A stretch of 64,000 nt of DNA from Giardia intestinalis (GCA_000002435.2 CM018789.1), one strand, 5' to 3'. Numbered from the stretch's first letter, positions 1 to 11,402 are shown. Numbers and translations: made by a program. The notes: generated from the sequence alone by a model not told the origin.

Positions 1-473
1 AAGTACTTGAAAATGGCGTTTATCATGTCATCCGGCGTGTCGAATAAAGCGACTGCAGAAGAGGGGGTAACACTTTGGTTGTACTTTGTTATGATGTCGT
101 TTATAACGCCCAATACAGCTTGCGAATAAATACGGACTTGTTCTAGGATCACAGTGTTCGACTTATTGAACGTCATTGCGTTGCTTATTGTAAGACACAA
201 ATCACAAAACACGTCGCCAATGTGTGTGTACGTGTTCCCACTGCGGTTAGAAAGGCGTTGCTTTATCTCGGAAAGGCTACAAGGAAACTCTATAACGGCT
301 TCATACTGCTGCTTCAGGTCTGGGTAATCGACGACCACAGGGTTTTGAAAGAGGGTAAAGCTATCCAGAGGCTTCATGCTATCTCGCAGAACCGTTCGGA
401 TGTTGAACTTATTCATGGTCTCCTTGATCTCTCTGATCAGCATGGTAACGAGATTGTTCTCGTCCTGCTTCAT
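1..473 (-). CDS. Hypothetical protein, partial (ATG at 473, 3' end beyond window start)
   Basis: Minus-strand ORF starts at the ATG at 473 with an in-frame TGA just upstream at 482..480 and no stop through position 1; reads MKQDENNLVTMLIREIKETMNKFNIRTVLRDSMKPLD..., which looks protein-like. It is absent from the ORF track because it runs off the window edge. Confidence 0.4.
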   Translation of the reverse strand, partial: MKQDENNLVTMLIREIKETMNKFNIRTVLRDSMKPLDSFTLFQNPVVVDYPDLKQQYEAVIEFPCSLSEIKQRLSNRSGNTYTHIGDVFCDLCLTISNAMTFNKSNTVILEQVRIYSQAVLGVINDIITKYNQSVTPSSAVALFDTPDDMINAIFKY

Positions 474-632
474 GTGCGTTCACGGTTTTACAGTAGAATC
501 CATGGCAATTTCAACTAAAATAGCTAAAGTATTGATTTACATTTCAGTTATTTTTTGCATATCTCCACTTGTTTTTCATACCCAAATCTGCCAAATCCGC
601 TCTTGTTAAACTAAAACCAGATAGTCAGCGGC

Positions 633-1469
633 ATGCTATCTTTGACTACCATCAAGCCTAGGGACAGAGATTGCTACTCGATTACTAAGCAGCTTACTGA
701 GCAGACTGCGATCCTCAAGGACAGTCAGGACTTTTCTTTAGCCGAATCTCTACAACGCGAAATCCAAAAGGCAAAGCAAGACATTCTTCAGAAGCTTAGC
801 GTAGCAGAGGATGCACGGCAGGCTTTTGAGCGTGATTGTTTAGAGCAAGCTCAAAAGCTAGCCATGACGTCCGAACAGAAAGCGTGGGCCGAAAACGAGG
901 CTCTTCTTCAAAAGGAGATAGAGGAGAGCATTGCACAACTCCAAGAGGACCAAGAGGTCGAGCTAAGGCGTCTAGAGTCTAAACTTTCATCAGACAACCC
1001 GAAGGTCTATTTTTCCTCTAAGGTTCTTGGGTTACGGAAGGAAGCAGCCACCCTCTTTAAGCTCAAAGAGTTTGAGAGAGCCAAGGAGTCTGCTGCTCTG
1101 GCGGACAAGGAGGAGAAGGCCTTTCTGGCCCAGCTAGAGCGTGAGCGGGTGAAGAAAGCGGACATCGAAAGGAAAAAGCTTTATGACAAGCACGATAAGG
1201 AGATAGCTGTGCTAGAGTATAGAAACTATCTCAAATTCTGTGAGTTCTGGACCACACGAAACGCGGCCTTGGCTGCTACAGCACAGAGGGGAAAGAATTT
1301 CAAGCAAGATCTAGACATCGCGCACAAAGAGGAGTACATCAACTTGCGAGCTCGTTGTGTTGATAGGGACATTGTTTCCAATCGTAAAAGCTATCAATCG
1401 GCATCAGCAACGTTTCGAGGCTCTTCCTTTCTCAAGCTCGCTCGCACACACGCCAGTGCGAACGAGTAA
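633..1469 (+). CDS. Coiled-coil protein (hypothetical)
   Basis: ATG at 633; 278 aa rich in E/K/Q/L heptad-like stretches; AGTAAAC motif overlaps the stop codon (1465..1471). Confidence 0.55.
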   Translation: MLSLTTIKPRDRDCYSITKQLTEQTAILKDSQDFSLAESLQREIQKAKQDILQKLSVAEDARQAFERDCLEQAQKLAMTSEQKAWAENEALLQKEIEESIAQLQEDQEVELRRLESKLSSDNPKVYFSSKVLGLRKEAATLFKLKEFERAKESAALADKEEKAFLAQLERERVKKADIERKKLYDKHDKEIAVLEYRNYLKFCEFWTTRNAALAATAQRGKNFKQDLDIAHKEEYINLRARCVDRDIVSNRKSYQSASATFRGSSFLKLARTHASANE

Positions 1470-1509
1470 ACTGGCGGAACAAGACAGTGAAGAAATAAAT
1501 AACACAGAG

Positions 1510-3744
1510 CTAGTTTACATTACTGGATGGCGCCTCTTCAGGGTCGGCGAGTAGAGCCTGTTTAGCTGCATTCCTCTTAACCTCTTGAAGCAAGAGGATT
1601 TCTCGTATCTCTTCGGTAGTATCCATATCTAAAACTGTTTTATTGTCGATATTCTTTATGAGCAGCTCATAGGGGGCTAACAGCTTGACACAGTCCGGTG
1701 CCTTGGATGAAACAGCAGCCATCAGCGCGGTGGTTCCAACGGTCGTCTTCATCCCGCGCTCGTACCTGCAAAGAATCTTTGCGCACTCATACTGCCGATT
1801 GAAGCATGCAAACATCAACGCTGTGGTGCCCGGGGCTCTATTAAACGTGTTTGTTACCCTCTTGGAAAGCGTTTTGGCGAGAAGCTTGACTATCTTCGCG
1901 TGCCCCTTCTTGGCCGCAAGCATGAGACCCGTATACCCGCTGTTACTGACTATCTCTTCCTCAAAGTCCAGCAGAAAGTCTACTATTTGATAGTTTCCTC
2001 TGTCAGAAGCATACAAGAATGCAGTGAAGCCATCAATATCCTGTTTCTTCTGCTCACAAGGTGCGAGTATCTTAACCGCCTCCAAGTGGTTGCATTGTGC
2101 GGCAATCATCATTGCAGTTTGCAGGCCGTTAGATTGCAAGCCAGCTTCTTTATCCAACAGGGCCAGAATACACTCTGTATTGTTTCCGTGAGCTGCGTAC
2201 ATCAATGCTGACCATCCATTATCATCCTTCATTCCTGCCTCGTAGGGTATGAGCATATTGACGGCTTGAACATTGTTCGCCCTGGCTGCAGCCATCAGTG
2301 CGGTGTAATCGTTACAGTTAGACATTCCTGCTTCTCGTTCGATAAGATAGTCTAGCATGTCGTTCTTATTGTTGGCTGCAGCAACCATCAACGCGGTAAA
2401 GCCTCTGTTGTCTTGCTGCCCCAGATCAGTGCTGAGGAAGTTCTTATTGAGTTCCGTGAATGTAAATACTGTGCCAATCATCAGTGTTGTCCATCCAAAG
2501 TGACGAAGAAGCCGAAATTCGTCTATGAACAGCTCATTTGCGCACTCGGTCTTCCCCGACACCGTGGCCAAGCGAAGGGCAAAGTGCCCAGACTCTGTGG
2601 ATATATTACGTTCGTAGGGCTTAAGAAGGCTCACGATCCCATGATTCCCGTTTCTTGCGGCAAACATCAGGGCTGTCATCCCACGCCATTCACCATTGGC
2701 AACAATCTGGTATCTGCATTCGTATCGCACTAGGCACTTAGCAATCTCAATATAACCGTTTTCTGCTGCATGTATTAAGGCTGTCTTGCCTGAGCGCTCA
2801 GCAAGACCCGCTTGATATGGAATCAAATTCATAACTGTGTCTATATCGTTTCTTAGAACAGCATTCATTAACTCTGTTCGGTTATTGACCCCCAGGACAA
2901 TACCTCTGCGGGTGTTTAGATCAGCTACATGATCTGCTATTAGATGGTTCTTTAGCAGATTTGTGGCGGATGGACGATGCTCTTCCTCACTGGTTGCCAT
3001 GAGCTGTACAACGTTATAGAGCTCATTACTATATTTGAGGCTTATTTCTGGAAAAGGATAGAGCATCCGTAGCTCAGCAGTCGAGATTGAAGGGTCAGAA
3101 CAAAAGTGGTGATCGACAGTGGCCAAGCTGTGAATAAGTTTCGCCAGCGAATAGGTATCTGACACGTGAGATCGTGTACCTGTGAGCTTCACTTCGGGCG
3201 CGTCATACATCTGAGGTTGCTGTGCAGCGGACGTACTGGCAGCGTTGATACAACTCTGAGCCAAATTGCCTATCTTAAGGACCCCGAAGCTGTCGAAGTA
3301 GATGTGCTTGGGATCTAAACACCCATGAGGAAAGGAGTGGAGGCCGTCAAGGTTCTTCCAATTGTGAATATAAGAGAGACCGGCTAGACACTGCACTAAA
3401 ATGTCCCATATCTCTTCTTCTGAAAAGGGCTCCTGGTGAAAAATACGGTCATCAATAACGTCCTGAAGAGAGCATCCAAAGGTCATGTCGGTGTAGACGT
3501 CATAAAATAAATTGGATACATTGTTCCGGTACGGGCTATACTTAACAAGATTGATGTGGTTTAAGAGGGATATTTTGTTGATATACGTGCTAATCTTCTC
3601 TTTGTACTTGTGTTTAAACCGTTTTAACGAGATCCTCTCGCAATAACAAACTCGGCCATTTAGATCATTAACGACCGTGCACAAGGGTTTTCCTTCGTTA
3701 ATAACGGTATAGGAAAATTCGCTCTTATCATCTATCGATTTCAT
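1510..3744 (-). CDS. NEK-like pseudokinase with C-terminal ankyrin repeats
   Basis: The N-terminal kinase fold retains an APE-like YDAPEV motif and a subdomain IX-like segment, but it has HGCLDP in place of HRDLKP and IGNLAQ in place of DFG, with no clear GxGxxG loop. It is followed by more than 10 ankyrin repeats (GxTALMxAAxxGH...). Confidence 0.75.
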   Translation of the reverse strand: MKSIDDKSEFSYTVINEGKPLCTVVNDLNGRVCYCERISLKRFKHKYKEKISTYINKISLLNHINLVKYSPYRNNVSNLFYDVYTDMTFGCSLQDVIDDRIFHQEPFSEEEIWDILVQCLAGLSYIHNWKNLDGLHSFPHGCLDPKHIYFDSFGVLKIGNLAQSCINAASTSAAQQPQMYDAPEVKLTGTRSHVSDTYSLAKLIHSLATVDHHFCSDPSISTAELRMLYPFPEISLKYSNELYNVVQLMATSEEEHRPSATNLLKNHLIADHVADLNTRRGIVLGVNNRTELMNAVLRNDIDTVMNLIPYQAGLAERSGKTALIHAAENGYIEIAKCLVRYECRYQIVANGEWRGMTALMFAARNGNHGIVSLLKPYERNISTESGHFALRLATVSGKTECANELFIDEFRLLRHFGWTTLMIGTVFTFTELNKNFLSTDLGQQDNRGFTALMVAAANNKNDMLDYLIEREAGMSNCNDYTALMAAARANNVQAVNMLIPYEAGMKDDNGWSALMYAAHGNNTECILALLDKEAGLQSNGLQTAMMIAAQCNHLEAVKILAPCEQKKQDIDGFTAFLYASDRGNYQIVDFLLDFEEEIVSNSGYTGLMLAAKKGHAKIVKLLAKTLSKRVTNTFNRAPGTTALMFACFNRQYECAKILCRYERGMKTTVGTTALMAAVSSKAPDCVKLLAPYELLIKNIDNKTVLDMDTTEEIREILLLQEVKRNAAKQALLADPEEAPSSNVN

Positions 3745-3827
3745 GACACAGCTCGCTTCTACTCAAATTCTGAACTTTTTCATTTCAATTAATCCACCTT
3801 AGATGGTCTATGCTCCGGCACTCTACG

Positions 3828-5978
3828 CTAACCGAGCTTCAGTATCTCGAAGAAACTTAAGAGATCAGTAGATTCAACTCTGGAATCATTGCCTAGCACA
3901 TTTCTGTGGAATCCGCGCTCACCCTTTCCGCAGGTATATTTGATCCCTCTGATGGTGGTGTCAAACCGCACTTTTCTATCTTTCTCTGTAAACTCGAAGT
4001 GGGAATCGTCAGCTATTTGACGCTCGAACCGCTGCGCCCCGTGAATGAGGATGTCTAGTCCCTGGGGCGTCCGCAGCTCGCTATGCATGGACGACCTGCG
4101 TCTCAGGGGGCTGCAGGCAGTGCACTCTCTAATGACTGATGCTGATGCTATTTTACGCATGGACCCTGTTGTGGGAGAGACAAGCTTGGGTGACTCCATA
4201 GGAACGGTTAGTGCCATGGTCGGTGATTGAAGAGACGGAGTGATGGCAGCATGGCCTACCTCATTAATGACGTTGGAGTGGTGAAGGGGTGGGAGAGGAG
4301 AGGGAGCAGTTGATAGCGGTGAGAGCTGTCCCTCAGGTGACGCCCAGGCAGTCAGAATGGATGGAGGTGCAGATGTAAAGGTAGGTGTATGGTTTGCCTC
4401 TGTTGTTGCAATTAGAGATTCCTGGTAATGCCTATCCGCTAATTGCAATATAGTAGACGGCTTATTTATTCGCTCCTCATTTTTACGAACATCCAAAGGT
4501 GTAAGTCGCTTCTGTCCGGAGACTACTATATCAAGTTCTGCATCCATACTAACTAGGAACTGTACAAAGTCTGTTACTGTATCATTCTTAAATTCGCGTT
4601 GAAACTGCTTTAATTGATTGATGAAGAAATCCCTAAGTGCTATTGAAATGTCAAGCTGCCGTAACTTTCCTATCACAGTGTTGTATGTCTGCGCGCTGTG
4701 TATAGAAAAGTTGACATCCTTATCAATATATTGCAAGTACACCAGTATTAGTAGGGCCTCGATTGCCATGTGGTTTAAAGGTCTTAATAGAATAATAAAT
4801 ATTTGGGAATATATTGCCTCTCTATGCTGAGTAAGACTCTCCATCAATTCCTTTGTAGCCTTTTTCATCTCGCTAGACGTGCAGTATTTCTTCTTCATAT
4901 ACCGAAACAGAAAACAGTTAAAGTCGTCTGAAATAGAGCAATCTTCTTTCTTATTTGCACCCAGAAATAGCTCCTTATACCTATCTGACGTGATTGCAGA
5001 AATCAGCTTATGCAGCCAGAGTGCCGACCGGGTTGTTGCACGAGGCTTTCGTTGCTGAGCAGCGTTTAGAGCTGGCCAGGCTTCTTTTGTGTATATTCTA
5101 TATTCTTTTCCGTTGGCTTGTTTATACGTGGTAATAAACAGATTGGCAGCAGAGTCGAAAATAGAGCTGCGCGATATAGCAGCAGTTAATTGCTTTCTGA
5201 TGGCCACCTGGTCACGAGGTGTCATATTATGAAAAACTGGATACACAGTTTTCTCTTCTTGTGCAGGTTCCCGTGCAGATCCGGGGCTTTCTGCAGGTGC
5301 GTTTGATTTATGATCGCTAATGGTAACGTTCTGTGTAGAGTCTTGTATAAGCTCATTCGATGATCTAGAGGATGCTCGCTTTGCGTGATCCAAGGGCTTA
5401 TTGAGAGGAAGAACAGCAAGTGCAGATTGAGTTCGCAGAGGTCTAGAGACAGACACAAGACCCGTGATAGGAGGCGCAGAGAAAACTGGAGAAGGCATGG
5501 TATGTCTGTCCGAATCCGAAGAGCCATCTTCTATCTCGGTATTCGATGCGGTGTGGCCTAGAAAGGAATGTTCTGTCTTCACATCACTTATATCAAATGA
5601 AGCTTTTCGTGGAGGAAGCCCAGAATGTGCCCTCACAGGGTCCTTTTCAAGCGAGTCAGAGACGCGCTCATCGAGCTTGTAGATTCTGGTTATTGCCTGA
5701 GCAGGTAAATTTGGAAGTGTACCGAGAGTAAATGCCCGCTGTCTAATACTTGAACTTTCTCGTTCATGAAGGACTGCATCTGCTTTCAGAGAGGAATTAC
5801 TATTAAGAGAAATGCCCGTGCTGTTGGATCTAGGGGGTCCTTTGTCTCTCCGAGGTAGACTGATTGGTGGCGGCGGGGGTGTCTTTAAAGCCTGATCTGG
5901 GACATTGGTGGCTAGAGATGTGCCCGACAACGCTCGATTGTTGCTGTGTGCGGCAAACTTCGTTAGCAGACTTCGCAT
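3828..5978 (-). CDS. Hypothetical protein (Pro/Ser-rich N-terminus)
   Basis: Long ORF; the track starts it at a TTG and the first ATG is at 5978. Low-complexity Pro/Ser-rich N-terminal region followed by a more complex C-terminal half. Confidence 0.5.
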   Translation of the reverse strand: MRSLLTKFAAHSNNRALSGTSLATNVPDQALKTPPPPPISLPRRDKGPPRSNSTGISLNSNSSLKADAVLHERESSSIRQRAFTLGTLPNLPAQAITRIYKLDERVSDSLEKDPVRAHSGLPPRKASFDISDVKTEHSFLGHTASNTEIEDGSSDSDRHTMPSPVFSAPPITGLVSVSRPLRTQSALAVLPLNKPLDHAKRASSRSSNELIQDSTQNVTISDHKSNAPAESPGSAREPAQEEKTVYPVFHNMTPRDQVAIRKQLTAAISRSSIFDSAANLFITTYKQANGKEYRIYTKEAWPALNAAQQRKPRATTRSALWLHKLISAITSDRYKELFLGANKKEDCSISDDFNCFLFRYMKKKYCTSSEMKKATKELMESLTQHREAIYSQIFIILLRPLNHMAIEALLILVYLQYIDKDVNFSIHSAQTYNTVIGKLRQLDISIALRDFFINQLKQFQREFKNDTVTDFVQFLVSMDAELDIVVSGQKRLTPLDVRKNEERINKPSTILQLADRHYQESLIATTEANHTPTFTSAPPSILTAWASPEGQLSPLSTAPSPLPPLHHSNVINEVGHAAITPSLQSPTMALTVPMESPKLVSPTTGSMRKIASASVIRECTACSPLRRRSSMHSELRTPQGLDILIHGAQRFERQIADDSHFEFTEKDRKVRFDTTIRGIKYTCGKGERGFHRNVLGNDSRVESTDLLSFFEILKLG

Positions 5979-6042
5979 GCTCAAACCAAGATTTTGGTGA
6001 GTAACAGGAATAGTAAGGAGACAAGATTTACACGGTGCGACA

Positions 6043-7437
6043 TTAGTGCTCCTCTATCTTGAAGTTATACAACGGGGTAAGGTACTTATCCTCCACACCC
6101 ATACTCTTGAGCTCTTCTATCTTCTTCCAGCGATAGTCATCAAACATGTTCTTTCTCGCCTCCAGCTCGCTGCGTATCCTCTCGTTTTCAGCACTAACTG
6201 CCTCTTTCCCTGTGAGTTTTTCTTTTAGCGCAAGGTGTTCATCCAATTGTCGCTTGGTCTCTTCCGCTATAAGTTTCTGACGCAGCTTCTCGCGTTCCTT
6301 TTCTTTCTGAAGCTCTTCATAGCATCGCTTATTTCGTTCTAGGTCAGCTAAGTACTCTTCGCGCTCGCGTCTAGCCTCCTCCGCTTTGACTGCGAGGCGG
6401 AGGTCGAGAGCTTCTTTCTGTTCGCGCTGGAACCGGATCTGCTTCTCCTGTTCTTCTCGGAGCCTTGCCTCGCGTGCTCTCTCCTTCTTTTCCAAGGTAG
6501 CTCGCAGGCGCGCCTCTTCAATCTCTGCCATCTTATTGTCCTTCTTTGCTTGCTGCTGCTGGAGGGCAGCAAACTCGATGTTCTTGCGCCTTTCCTCAAT
6601 GATCCTTTCTTCCTCCTTCTTCCTTTCCTCGATCTCCTTTTGACGAAGCATGGCAGCAAGTCGCAAGTCCTCCTCACGCTCAAGCATCTTCTCACGCTCC
6701 TTAAGACGCATAGTTTCAGCGTTAATGGCATCAGCTTCACGTCGAAGGCGCCTTTCGTTAGCTTCCTTGGCTTCTTGAATGGCTTTGCTCTTGGCCTCCT
6801 CTGCCTTTATATATGCTGCCAGCTGCTCTGCTTCTCGAAGCTCCGCTTCCTTCTCAAGTAATGCATTCTGCTGACGAATAAGCATGTCATTCTCCATATG
6901 TATGCGGAGGCTTTCCTTCTCCTGGGCCTCTTTATCACGCAACCTCTTCTTTTCATCTTCGATTTCCTTGAGAACGCGCTCAACACGTTCCTTTTCATCG
7001 AGTGCTTCCATTTTTTCTTCAATAATCTTTCGTTCAGCAGCAGCAATCTGCCGGTCGCGAACTGTGTAGACCTTGGCCTGCATGGCAAGACTATCAATCT
7101 GTCGAACAATTCCCTCCTGCTGAAGCTTAGCAGCAGTGAACTGGGAATTAAGTTCGTTGCGTCGCGCGGTCATCTGTTTTTCCTCAGATGATGGGGCTTT
7201 ATTGGCTTTGCGTTGTGTTTCTATGGCTTCTATTTTGTCGGCACGAGTTGCTGCAGCCTTATTTCTCGCAGCTACGTGCTCCCTTTTACGCTCCCTCACT
7301 TGATCTTCTTTGAAATGATCAGAAATCGCATTAGTGCGCATACGTGCGAGGTCATCCTCTGTGATGAGTTGTGCCTTATCGGAATTTGGCGGCAAAAGAG
7401 CCTTCAGCGTAGAGGTTAAAATGATATTACCTCTCAT
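6043..7437 (-). CDS. Highly charged (E/K/R-rich) coiled-coil protein
   Basis: 464 aa from the first ATG at 7437; continuous E/K/R/L-rich heptad pattern (trichohyalin-like). The track's antisense and out-of-frame ORFs at 6348..7191 are composition artefacts. Confidence 0.6.
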   Translation of the reverse strand: MRGNIILTSTLKALLPPNSDKAQLITEDDLARMRTNAISDHFKEDQVRERKREHVAARNKAAATRADKIEAIETQRKANKAPSSEEKQMTARRNELNSQFTAAKLQQEGIVRQIDSLAMQAKVYTVRDRQIAAAERKIIEEKMEALDEKERVERVLKEIEDEKKRLRDKEAQEKESLRIHMENDMLIRQQNALLEKEAELREAEQLAAYIKAEEAKSKAIQEAKEANERRLRREADAINAETMRLKEREKMLEREEDLRLAAMLRQKEIEERKKEEERIIEERRKNIEFAALQQQQAKKDNKMAEIEEARLRATLEKKERAREARLREEQEKQIRFQREQKEALDLRLAVKAEEARREREEYLADLERNKRCYEELQKEKEREKLRQKLIAEETKRQLDEHLALKEKLTGKEAVSAENERIRSELEARKNMFDDYRWKKIEELKSMGVEDKYLTPLYNFKIEEH

Positions 7438-10427
7438 CGACCTACGGATCAAATTATTTTTGGAATTTCCTGTCTCCTACCGAACTTTGTAAAAAAGCAT
7501 TGAACAGTGGACAGCGCGGTATCCATGCTGCGAGTATGTCTCTGATATCCTATTACTGCGACGTTACCATCTGGATGCTTCCTCGCATAGAAAGGCCGGC
7601 ACTCATCCATGTACACGGATTCGAAAGGCTGCAAGTTGCGGCCTCAGCAGAACCTCCAGTCTTTTACAGGAGAACTATAGACTGTCTGCAGCCTCTTAGG
7701 ATAATTTATCTATTTTCGCACTTCAGTACCCCATCCACGACGATGACCAGTAGACAGCAGCGACTCCTGCCTCGGACATAGCGCTAGATGCCGCCCAGCT
7801 CAGAACTCGTCAGCTAACATGTTCTGCCCGAACGGGAGAGGCGCTTGGACAGCTGAGTGCAGAGGGAGCTATCTGTTGAGGTTATCCAATGGTTGTATCA
7901 CCACGCACTCTTCCTTCATCGCTTCCATTTCTAAGACTTGCAGGAGAAGTCACAGACCCTATAGCAGCAGGGTAACGCTTGTTCAGACGATGCGCTCACC
8001 CCGCCCCTGAGCGTACTGGATGAATCGGTGCTGATCTTCTTGTCTCTAGTAGTTGACCCTGATCACTACAGCAGGTGTAGAACTTGTATGGTGGTGGACC
8101 TTATCCCGCCGCATAGGCTTAGATTTAAGGAGTAGAACATGCAGAGCTTCTTGGGGCCCGGCAGCTCGTTGCAGGCGGTGACAGAAGGGTCTCTCTGGCC
8201 AGTTGGGCAAGCATCATCCTATGCTTGCCACGGCCGCTGGGAATGCCGGTGTCACGTGTGTAGCTCGTAGGGTGAGCTCTTTTCGGAGCGCCCAATCTCC
8301 TTTTTATTCGTGAAGGCGAGACCCGTTCACAACAGACCAATGACGACAGATAGATGGCTCCATACTGTTCACTCAGGCTGTCTACCCCAAGCAGTAGGGC
8401 CGTTCTCCTTCGTAAGGCAGAGGAGACCATACGTTCACAAAGATACCCTTAAGTGAAGTGGCTTGGATGTGATATGTGTTTTCGGAGACTCTGGTGTACA
8501 CAGTTGCTCATCCTCCGATACCAGACTGCTCCATAGGCCGCCGGCCACGCTGGAGTGCCCCAAGGCGGGCCCAGATGAGAGTGCGTGTGCTGATAGCTTG
8601 TCCACCAGACCCTCCTGGCAGCAGAGCGCCGTCGTGGCAGGAGAGCCTGCCCCTTGCATCGGCCGGTCGGTTGCTGAGGAACCCCTGGTGCTCTGTCTGT
8701 GAGAGGAGACTGCCCATGAGGGCCCTGTACGCTGCTCCCCTGCACCGACTGGCACAGCAGGGGAGCCGGATGCCGAGGGACACCTCCAGAGTCTCGGGTC
8801 TCTACAGGACAGGACACACGGCAGAGACATCTGCATGCGGGCCGGGAGTCCTGCTCGGCCCCGTCCCTCGTCTGACATCTTGGTTCCTCGGGAGCCCTGT
8901 CAGCACCACCGGAGGCAGGAGCTCTCCAGGAGCGCTGGACTGGGCCCGCATGGAGTGGATGGCCCCACAGCCACTGCACGGGCCTCCAGGGCAGGGGGTC
9001 TCTGCTGCCATTGCAAGCTATAGCAGCGTGGGGGCCGCCCCGTGTGCTGCCCCCTCTGCCGTGGCGGGGCTTCAGGCATGCCATCGGGACTGTCCGACGG
9101 TCACCGGTTGGGCCCTGTGTGACAGCAACAGACGAGAAGGCTGCCCCACAACGACATGCCCTCGCTGGAGGACTGTCAGCAGGGGGGAGGAAGCTGTGAC
9201 CCACTGGGGGGAGTGAACGATCTCCGTGGGTCCAGGCGCGCTGCACTGTGGGTCCGTCGGCTCGGCCTCTGACGGGAAGGCTGGGGCCCTCGCTGATGGT
9301 CGAGCAGAGTCACCACAGGGGGGCACGAGCTCGAGTAAGTGGGGGCCTTCTAGCAGGGTGCATGTCAACCGAGCGAGGAGAACGACACGGCAGTCACGAA
9401 AGGAGCCATGAACTCCTGAGTCCTCTGAGGTTTGTACTAGGCTCGCTGGGCTTATCAATCTCAGGCTCTAGTTCGCTCGAGTGAGCACTGCAAGGGTGAG
9501 AAGGGAACCTAAATGGAGATAAGCCTCCACAAGTGGCGGACAGAGTATCTGTGATCGACGCTTGCCACTGATGCTGTCTGGCAACTTAGCTTTGCAGAGG
9601 CCCATTGAGTAAGCACTCCAGGCAGTAACAACGCAGCCAACTAGCCACTGCTCTAGACTGCTCCTGAAGACCTGCAGCGAGAGAAGGCGAAGTCCCCAGA
9701 GCTTGCTGATGCAGTGCCAGAGCTTATGCTCTTCTTCGATGATCTGCTGAGGATATCTCAACGGCTCCAAGACTGTGGAGAGGGAAGCTTGATAGTAGGA
9801 ATTCATAACCAGTGTTCCTTGGGCCCCGTAGGCCCTCCTCTCCAGTCATGGCGAGCTGCCGGGCCCTGAGAACGTCGGAGGGCCTTGCTGATGTGCATGG
9901 GCAGTGGGCAAGAGGATCCCCAACGTCTACGGTTCACAGGAGCTGTTTTACTACAGGCTGTCAGGCTTCTTCCCCGACATCACAGGGTTTTTGAAGCAGA
10001 GGCCTGGCAGAAAGAAGGTGGTGATAAGATAGCCAGGTCTCCAGCAGTGCAACAGAGAAGACCCTTGCTCTATCAGCGATGACTCGCTTCTGTTTCCTGA
10101 CACAATCGAGCATTGACTGAAGTTACTTACGGGATCCTTGGGGTGTGCTCGTAGGCAAGGGTCCTAGCAGTACAACGCTGAAGGTGACTGGTAGATGGAA
10201 TGAACAAATCCAAAGCTCTAGTGCCTACCCTGCACTGGTGCCCAGCCGGCTACAACCCCACAATTGAAGTCATCTCTCGTTGGGCACTTACCACACAAGG
10301 CAAGAAGGGCAGAGGGGATCCAGGGCGTACAATCTGTGTTTGGTGCGCTATCTGGATGATCTGTAAACAATACCGTGAATCGCAAGTTTACCAGTGCACG
10401 CGTTTCCTTTGTGACCATGGAATAAAA

Positions 10428-11096
10428 ATGTCGTCTACAGATGATTCAGATCACTGCTCTCAGGAGCACGACGACACCCCGCCCCTCATGTCTGAGAAGG
10501 ACACAGATGAGGAGGATGTGGGCGAGAACAGCCCCGCTAGGCCTCCGCGAGCAATTGGTGAGGATGAGGATGGCGTCACCGACCTCATGAAGGCGGCCAA
10601 GCGAAACGACGTGGATGCAGTGAAGCGCTACATTCCTCAGCAGGCAAGGATGGTGGCGAAGCTTGTCAGGGCAGGGATGGTAGAGATATACGAGGGGACA
10701 GCCATGATGGTCGCCGCGGTGCTCGGACACGTTGAGGCGGTGAAGCTGCTGATGAAGCACGAGCGTTGCATGAGGAGTAACAATGAGTACACGGCCCTCA
10801 TGTGGGCGACAGCCAACGAGCGTATCGAGGTTGTGAGGCTACTCCTGGATGCTGAGGGCTGCATGGAGAGGGACAGGGGCTGGACTGCCCTCACAATTGC
10901 AGCATACTTTGGTTGTTTGGAGTGTGTCAAATTGCTGTTGGAGAAGGAGAAGTACATAAGCAGCAGGTCTGCTCTTTGCGTAGCTGATATGAACGGTCAT
11001 TCCAAAGTGGTGTCTCTTCTCAAGAGTGAAGGCGTTGGACTGGAGGAGCCCTGTCTACGGATGCCGCCCAGAAAGCCCGTGAGTGAACGCGCCTAA
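10428..11096 (+). CDS. Ankyrin-repeat protein (Giardia Protein 21.1-like)
   Basis: Ankyrin repeats (TALMWATANERIEVVRLLL..., WTALTIAAYFGCLECVKLLL). The track's start at 10200 is a non-ATG codon and the first ATG in the ankyrin-like region is at 10428. It ends at TAA 11094..11096 in the same frame as the downstream NEK ORF. Confidence 0.6.
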   Translation: MSSTDDSDHCSQEHDDTPPLMSEKDTDEEDVGENSPARPPRAIGEDEDGVTDLMKAAKRNDVDAVKRYIPQQARMVAKLVRAGMVEIYEGTAMMVAAVLGHVEAVKLLMKHERCMRSNNEYTALMWATANERIEVVRLLLDAEGCMERDRGWTALTIAAYFGCLECVKLLLEKEKYISSRSALCVADMNGHSKVVSLLKSEGVGLEEPCLRMPPRKPVSERA

Positions 11097-11402
11097 CTGT
11101 TGGTTGCATTTGATGATAGATCGGATTCCCCTCAAGCTGTGCAGCAAACAGACACCCTAATGAAGTGGTGGCTGTTAGTGGGTCACACAGCCACCCGTTT
11201 CCGCAGAGGCCAGGGGGAACAGACCTTCTCACCCTCGGTCAGCGCTAGGACACCGGTGGGTGAAACGGTCGCACAGGTGGCCTTCTCGCTCCTGATGCAG
11301 AAGCCCTCCGCAAGTATTGGACCACTACAGATCTGTAGACATAAACTCCTGTGGAAACGGATCGTTTCCAAAACTGTAGATTACCAAAATAATAAAACCA
11401 GG

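Noticed and set aside
222-609. Plus-strand ORFs at 222..518 and 376..609
   Set aside because: They overlap a longer, more protein-like minus-strand ORF (473..1, running off the window). Their starts are GTG-type codons, not ATG, and their translations are less convincing.
6348-7191. Antisense and out-of-frame ORFs inside the charged coiled-coil gene (6348..6740 -, 6386..6643 +, 6550..6861 +, 6807..7109 -, 6884..7191 +)
   Set aside because: They are a by-product of the repetitive GAG/AAG/CGC-rich coding sequence of the real minus-strand gene at 6043..7437. Their translations are poly-S/R/K/F low-complexity.
8125-9458. Stack of overlapping ORFs at 8125..9458 on both strands
   Set aside because: These are GC-rich composition artefacts with Arg/Pro/Gly-rich translations, no consistent frame and no recognisable motifs. 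I treated the interval as non-coding or decayed.
8100-9500. Possibility that the GC-rich block is an rDNA fragment, since Giardia rRNA is very GC-rich
   Set aside because: I found no match to the conserved SSU/LSU rRNA core motifs I can recall. No typical rRNA helices are recognisable, and the protein-coding inverted-repeat genes are embedded in the same composition.
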